43,110 nt of DNA from Conidiobolus incongruus B7586 (lineage: Eukaryota). A model generated the notes under the pieces. It did not search any database and was not told where the DNA came from. It worked only from the letters and a program-made list of their open reading frames with translations. The translations under genes and the position numbers were made by a program. The DNA is taken from NCBI GenBank assembly GCA_000697335.1, contig JNEM01009081.1, positions 1 through 43,110 on the forward strand. The letters run 5' to 3'. The stretch's first letter is position 1; each line of letters opens with the position of its first letter. Below are positions 38,304-43,110 of this stretch, piece by piece.

Positions 38304-41300
38304 AAGCGAATATATCACAATATATTATTAAATGGATTTTATGTTATATTAGATGATCCAATTTGACTACTAAAGATTAAAACAATTAAACAATTAATTA
38401 AAAGATGAAACACTTAATTCCAATCAATCTTTAATTTAAACACATCAATCAAATTCAATATGACTAATGCTAAATGTAAAACTATAATCCCGAAAAATTT
38501 CAATTTATCTTAACAGACTAAAACCCTCTTTCTAGGTTTTATATTTTCCTTATTTTACTGGAATTTATCCAGGTTTTATATACACCGACAACATTAGTAT
38601 GAAGAGCCCCAGAAAAGCGATAAAGTGAGGTAAATTTAATAGGAACTCATACTACCAAATTTATAAATTTTTCACTTAATCTTTTTGGAAATTGCCTTTG
38701 TTTTATATTGATTAATTATTAATCTCTAATCAATTCATGAAAATTAATATAATATTTAAAATTCACCAATTATATCACAATTTCTTTGAATCAATTATCT
38801 TATATTACTTTGTATTACTGGTTTGACGCAATAAAAGTTCTGGTTGTAACCTATAAAACTATCAAAGCTTCTTAATTTCCAAAAAGAAAACAATTTATAA
38901 ACCTTTAATAATTTTTATTTACTAAATAATATTAAAAAATTATTATATGATGTTTTTTTCATTATTAATTTAATTATATTAATTCTATAAAAAAAATTTA
39001 ATGAATTTATTACAATATTATAATAATATTTTATTGTAATTTTTTTAAAAATAATTTTCAAGATAATTATCATTTTAGATTACGTCATTCAATTCTATTC
39101 ACCTGACAATTTCCTTAACAAAATCTAATAAATTGGATTCCACGTTGTGCTTAATCCCAAAGGTTTGATTGGTTATTGTTTTATGTGGAGTAAAAATTAA
39201 AAAATCGATAATGAACAAATCAAACTGTCGGAATTTATTAGGAAAATATCAAAAAATTGATGAATGTGATAAAGTCAGAATAGAATAGTCTAGGAACCAA
39301 TGATGTCATATGATACTCTAAAATCAACATATTTTTTAAATTAATTTGGCAAATTTTACCTTGATCGGTAAAAAGGATCGAATATTAGCTCTATTTGATC
39401 AAAATTTTATAGAAATTTTAATTAAAATATAAGAAAATAAAAAGCTATTTGAAATATAAACTAATGGATTAAGATTTCATAATAATATATTAAATCAAAT
39501 AATGTAATTGAACAAAGAGTATATCAAATGTTTTATTCCTTTAAACTAAAAACTAAACACTCTATCTAAAATTATTATGTTAATTGAATATAATTCAATG
39601 TTACATTTTTTAATTACAATTTTTTTATTAATCAATTTTCACATTCTTTCAAATTGTTAACTATTTAATAATCAAATATATATATATATATATATTAAAA
39701 TATTTACTCTTAATCTATCCCAACATTAGACTAAAGACTATTAAATGAGAAAAATAACTCTAATATCAATCTTATAATATTGGTAATTTTGGGAAATTTT
39801 CCTTTAAATGTGGTCATTTCTTCATTTCATTCATCTATAATAATTTTAGTCTATTATCCTTTTTTAAATATGAAAATGATCAATCAATTTTAAAGTTATT
39901 CTACTCTTCTCTTTGATCACTTGCACTTAGCATTCCTGAATTTAATTAAATTTAGTTTTTTTAAGATTATATTTTAAATTGATTACAAATTCAAAGTTTT
40001 AATTGATATTTTTACTTTTTAATAAATAGATTTAATTGAATGGAAATCAGAACAAAATTATATTAAAATTTTATTTAAGCAATTCTTTGAAATCAGGCTT
40101 TATTGAAAAGGTGAAGAAATTAGACTAAATTTGAACTGAATTATAGTTATTGAATATATGATACAAAACATTGATCAAAATTATGTTATAGTGTAATAAA
40201 AATTAATTTTGTCCACTGCAATGCAGTGTAAATAATCAAAGAGAAGAGTATTCCGCTAAAATTAGCCATCCTTAAAAAATTGTCAAACAGTGTGAAAAGT
40301 ATGAATTGAGAATAATTGGTGAATTAGTATATCTAAATTAGTAATTTGTTCCTATTAACAGCCTTATTATATTTGAATAATTTTTTGTAAAAATATTCGG
40401 TATTTTTAATGAAAGTACTAATTTTATAGGATCTAGATTGATTATAGGGTATTTTTAATAAAATTCAATATTACTTCATTTTTGGTTTATTTTGAATCAA
40501 TGTAATATCGGGTTATTATAATGTTTAATATGTACAATATGTATAATAATTTCAAACTTCTTATTATCTTATAAGCCCAATATTAGAGAATGTCTCAATT
40601 TGTACCATTTTAGTATCTTCATATTTTACAAAAAAATACTAAAAATAATATCATTTTAATAACATAATGTTGAATATTGTCACTATCAATCAATATTAGT
40701 AATATAACTTGTTATCACTAAAATAATTCGATAATTTAAATTATTCTGGTTTCATAATTTAATTAATTTTCATAGTAAATAAGATTGGAATTAATTACAG
40801 GAAACTAATAGTTCATTATAATTACCGATAATTCTCCATATTACAGGATATGTATAATGGTTAATAATCAAAAGATATGCTTTTCTTTAACCAAAGCTAA
40901 TTTCAATTAGTAATTTATATTTGATCACAATTTACTAAACTAGCTAATCAATTTAATGCTGACTACTTAAAAATTTGCATCATATTTAGTGTTAAATTGG
41001 AATGAAATTGTCTATTCACTTTTATTTTTTTTTACTTTATAGATTGTACCTTTATATTAAGGAAAAAAATGGTTGAATTAAAAACAAGAACGATGATCAG
41101 TAATAAATTCCAAATTTATGGAATTATTTAGATTGTTATATTATTTGAAAATAATAATTGTAAAAAAATATTATTTAAACCAAATGTTTAAATTAAACAT
41201 CTGTTATTTACACAATTAGAAGATGATATTTATAATATAATCATTCATTGAATTTTAACCTCTCACTAGATAATTGTAGTGTTCAAAAGACTAATAATGA

Positions 41301-43110
41301 AGTTAAAATCCAATTTCAAAATACATTTAACAAATCCGACACCTAAACTGTACCAAATACATTGATTATCATATTACTTTTTAATGATGAACATATTTCA
41401 TTTTAATAAATGATCCAAGCCAAACTGCTAAATAGTCGCTTAATTAACTCGCCATTCTAAAAAAATATGAGAAAAATATACAATAAGATAATATTAGAAA
41501 TAATAAAAAATATCCTAGTTAAATATCCATTTTCTATTTTTATTATTATATATTTTACATTTTCAATAATTAACTTAATCTCATAATTATCATCTTTATA
41601 TTCAAGATTCTATCAATCTAATCAACTGACCTATTAAAAATTATTATTTTAATATTTTATTCTTTATTTCTAATCTATCAGCAAACTTTATAATATCTAT
41701 AATAACATTTTACAAAAAGAACTAAAATTTATATGAATAATATTACAACCCTTAAAATGATTTTTACTTATCATTGTTGAATAAATTATATTCCAAAATA
41801 ACATTATTTTGTATTAATTATATACTATTATATTCAATCTATTTATTGATATAATATGTTATAGCTTTTTATTTTTACCAAAGATTATTGAAAATAGTTT
41901 TAAATAATTATATTGAAATTTATATAAAGGTTGGCTATTATATTATTATATTATATATATATATATATATATTTAAATTTATAATATCATAATATATGAA
42001 CAATAATTACTTTATTGTAAAATTATAATAATAGGATTCAAAATCAATAAAAATATTATGATAAAATGGAAAATCAAAGATAGTAAAGTAAATAGTTTAT
42101 AATTGAATTTAATATAATTTATTTTTTAAATCAATTATATATAGCATAAAATAGTTAATTTTATGAAACTTTATATATAATTAATTTAAATAATTATAAA
42201 ATTTAAAATTTGAATAAAAATTAAATAACTTGATAATTAATTATTTTGTTGAATAAATTAGAGATTAATTTTAAATTTTATTTTTTTTTCAATTAATTTC
42301 ATCTATTAAAATTTATAAATTTTATTATCTATTAATAATTAATATAAAAGATTGAACTTAAATTAACTTTAAAAAGTTGCATTATAATTTTTAATTAATA
42401 TATCTTATAATTAAGGTAATATTCTCTTGATTAAGAATACATTTTCATTACTTAGTGATATTCACTTTTATAATCTTATTTAAAACAAAAAAGTTTTGAA
42501 AATATATTTAATTATATAAATAAGAATAAAAACTTAAATATTTTTGATTTGAATTTAATATTCAAGTAAATTAAAATAATTTTTTTAATATATAATAGGA
42601 TCTAATTTATTTTAATTATTATTACAAATATATGAAAAAATATCATTATGGAAATTAAATATAGTTTTCATATAATTAAATATAAACTGAATTATCCTAG
42701 ATAATTAATATTTTATATTTTTTTTTATAAATATTATGATTTTTTAATGTTTATATCCTTATTTCTTAATTATAATATTATATAATAATATTAATATTTA
42801 ATATTTCGTGAATAAATGAGCTATTAAGAATATTTTAGAATTATATTAAAATCAGATATCACTAATGTATATTTAAATAAAACGAAAATAATATTCAATA
42901 GTAATTTATATTTTATATAAGAAATATTTTTAAAAGCTACATAATTATTGAATGTAACTTTATAAAAAATTTTCTTAAATTTTTTAAATTTACTAGATAT
43001 TATTAAATTATATATATAATTTGATAATATAATAAAAAAGGTTTTGTTATTTTATTTTTAATATTTATTATAATATAATTATCTTAATTATATAGTTATT
43101 ATTTGGATTA

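Noticed and set aside
1..43110. CRISPR arrays, tRNA/rRNA genes, telomeric repeats, prokaryotic systems
   Set aside because: No regularly spaced repeats or recognisable structural RNA by eye, and the sequence is eukaryotic. Small ncRNAs cannot be excluded without a covariance-model search.

Overview
Very AT-rich, gene-sparse eukaryotic DNA, clearly fungal (Zn2Cys6 genes, ~50-bp GT-AG introns). An early-diverging lineage such as Entomophthoromycotina/Conidiobolus-like is my inference and is not proven. There are five intact genes: three Zn(II)2Cys6 transcription factors (two need a short phase-1 intron to join ORFs split in the ORF track), a DHA2-type 14-TMS MFS exporter and a Dal5/Tna1-type (ACS) MFS permease. 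The ORF track misses two decayed paralogues of the 21.5-23.1 kb TF, one on each side of it, and several solo-LTR-like elements (one with a perfect 5-bp TSD, one nested inside another). Main points: (1) an LTR copy and its flank at ~34.2-36.1 kb with strongly directional C->T/G->A, context-biased hypermutation resembling RIP; (2) a 407-bp inverted duplication with one mismatch, copied from the inside of a nearby LTR into a TF pseudogene with no TSD, which looks like a repair-templated insertion; (3) a local birth-and-death array of Zn-cluster regulators interleaved with transporters and no biosynthetic enzyme. I found no RNA genes, CRISPR arrays or transposase/pol ORFs.
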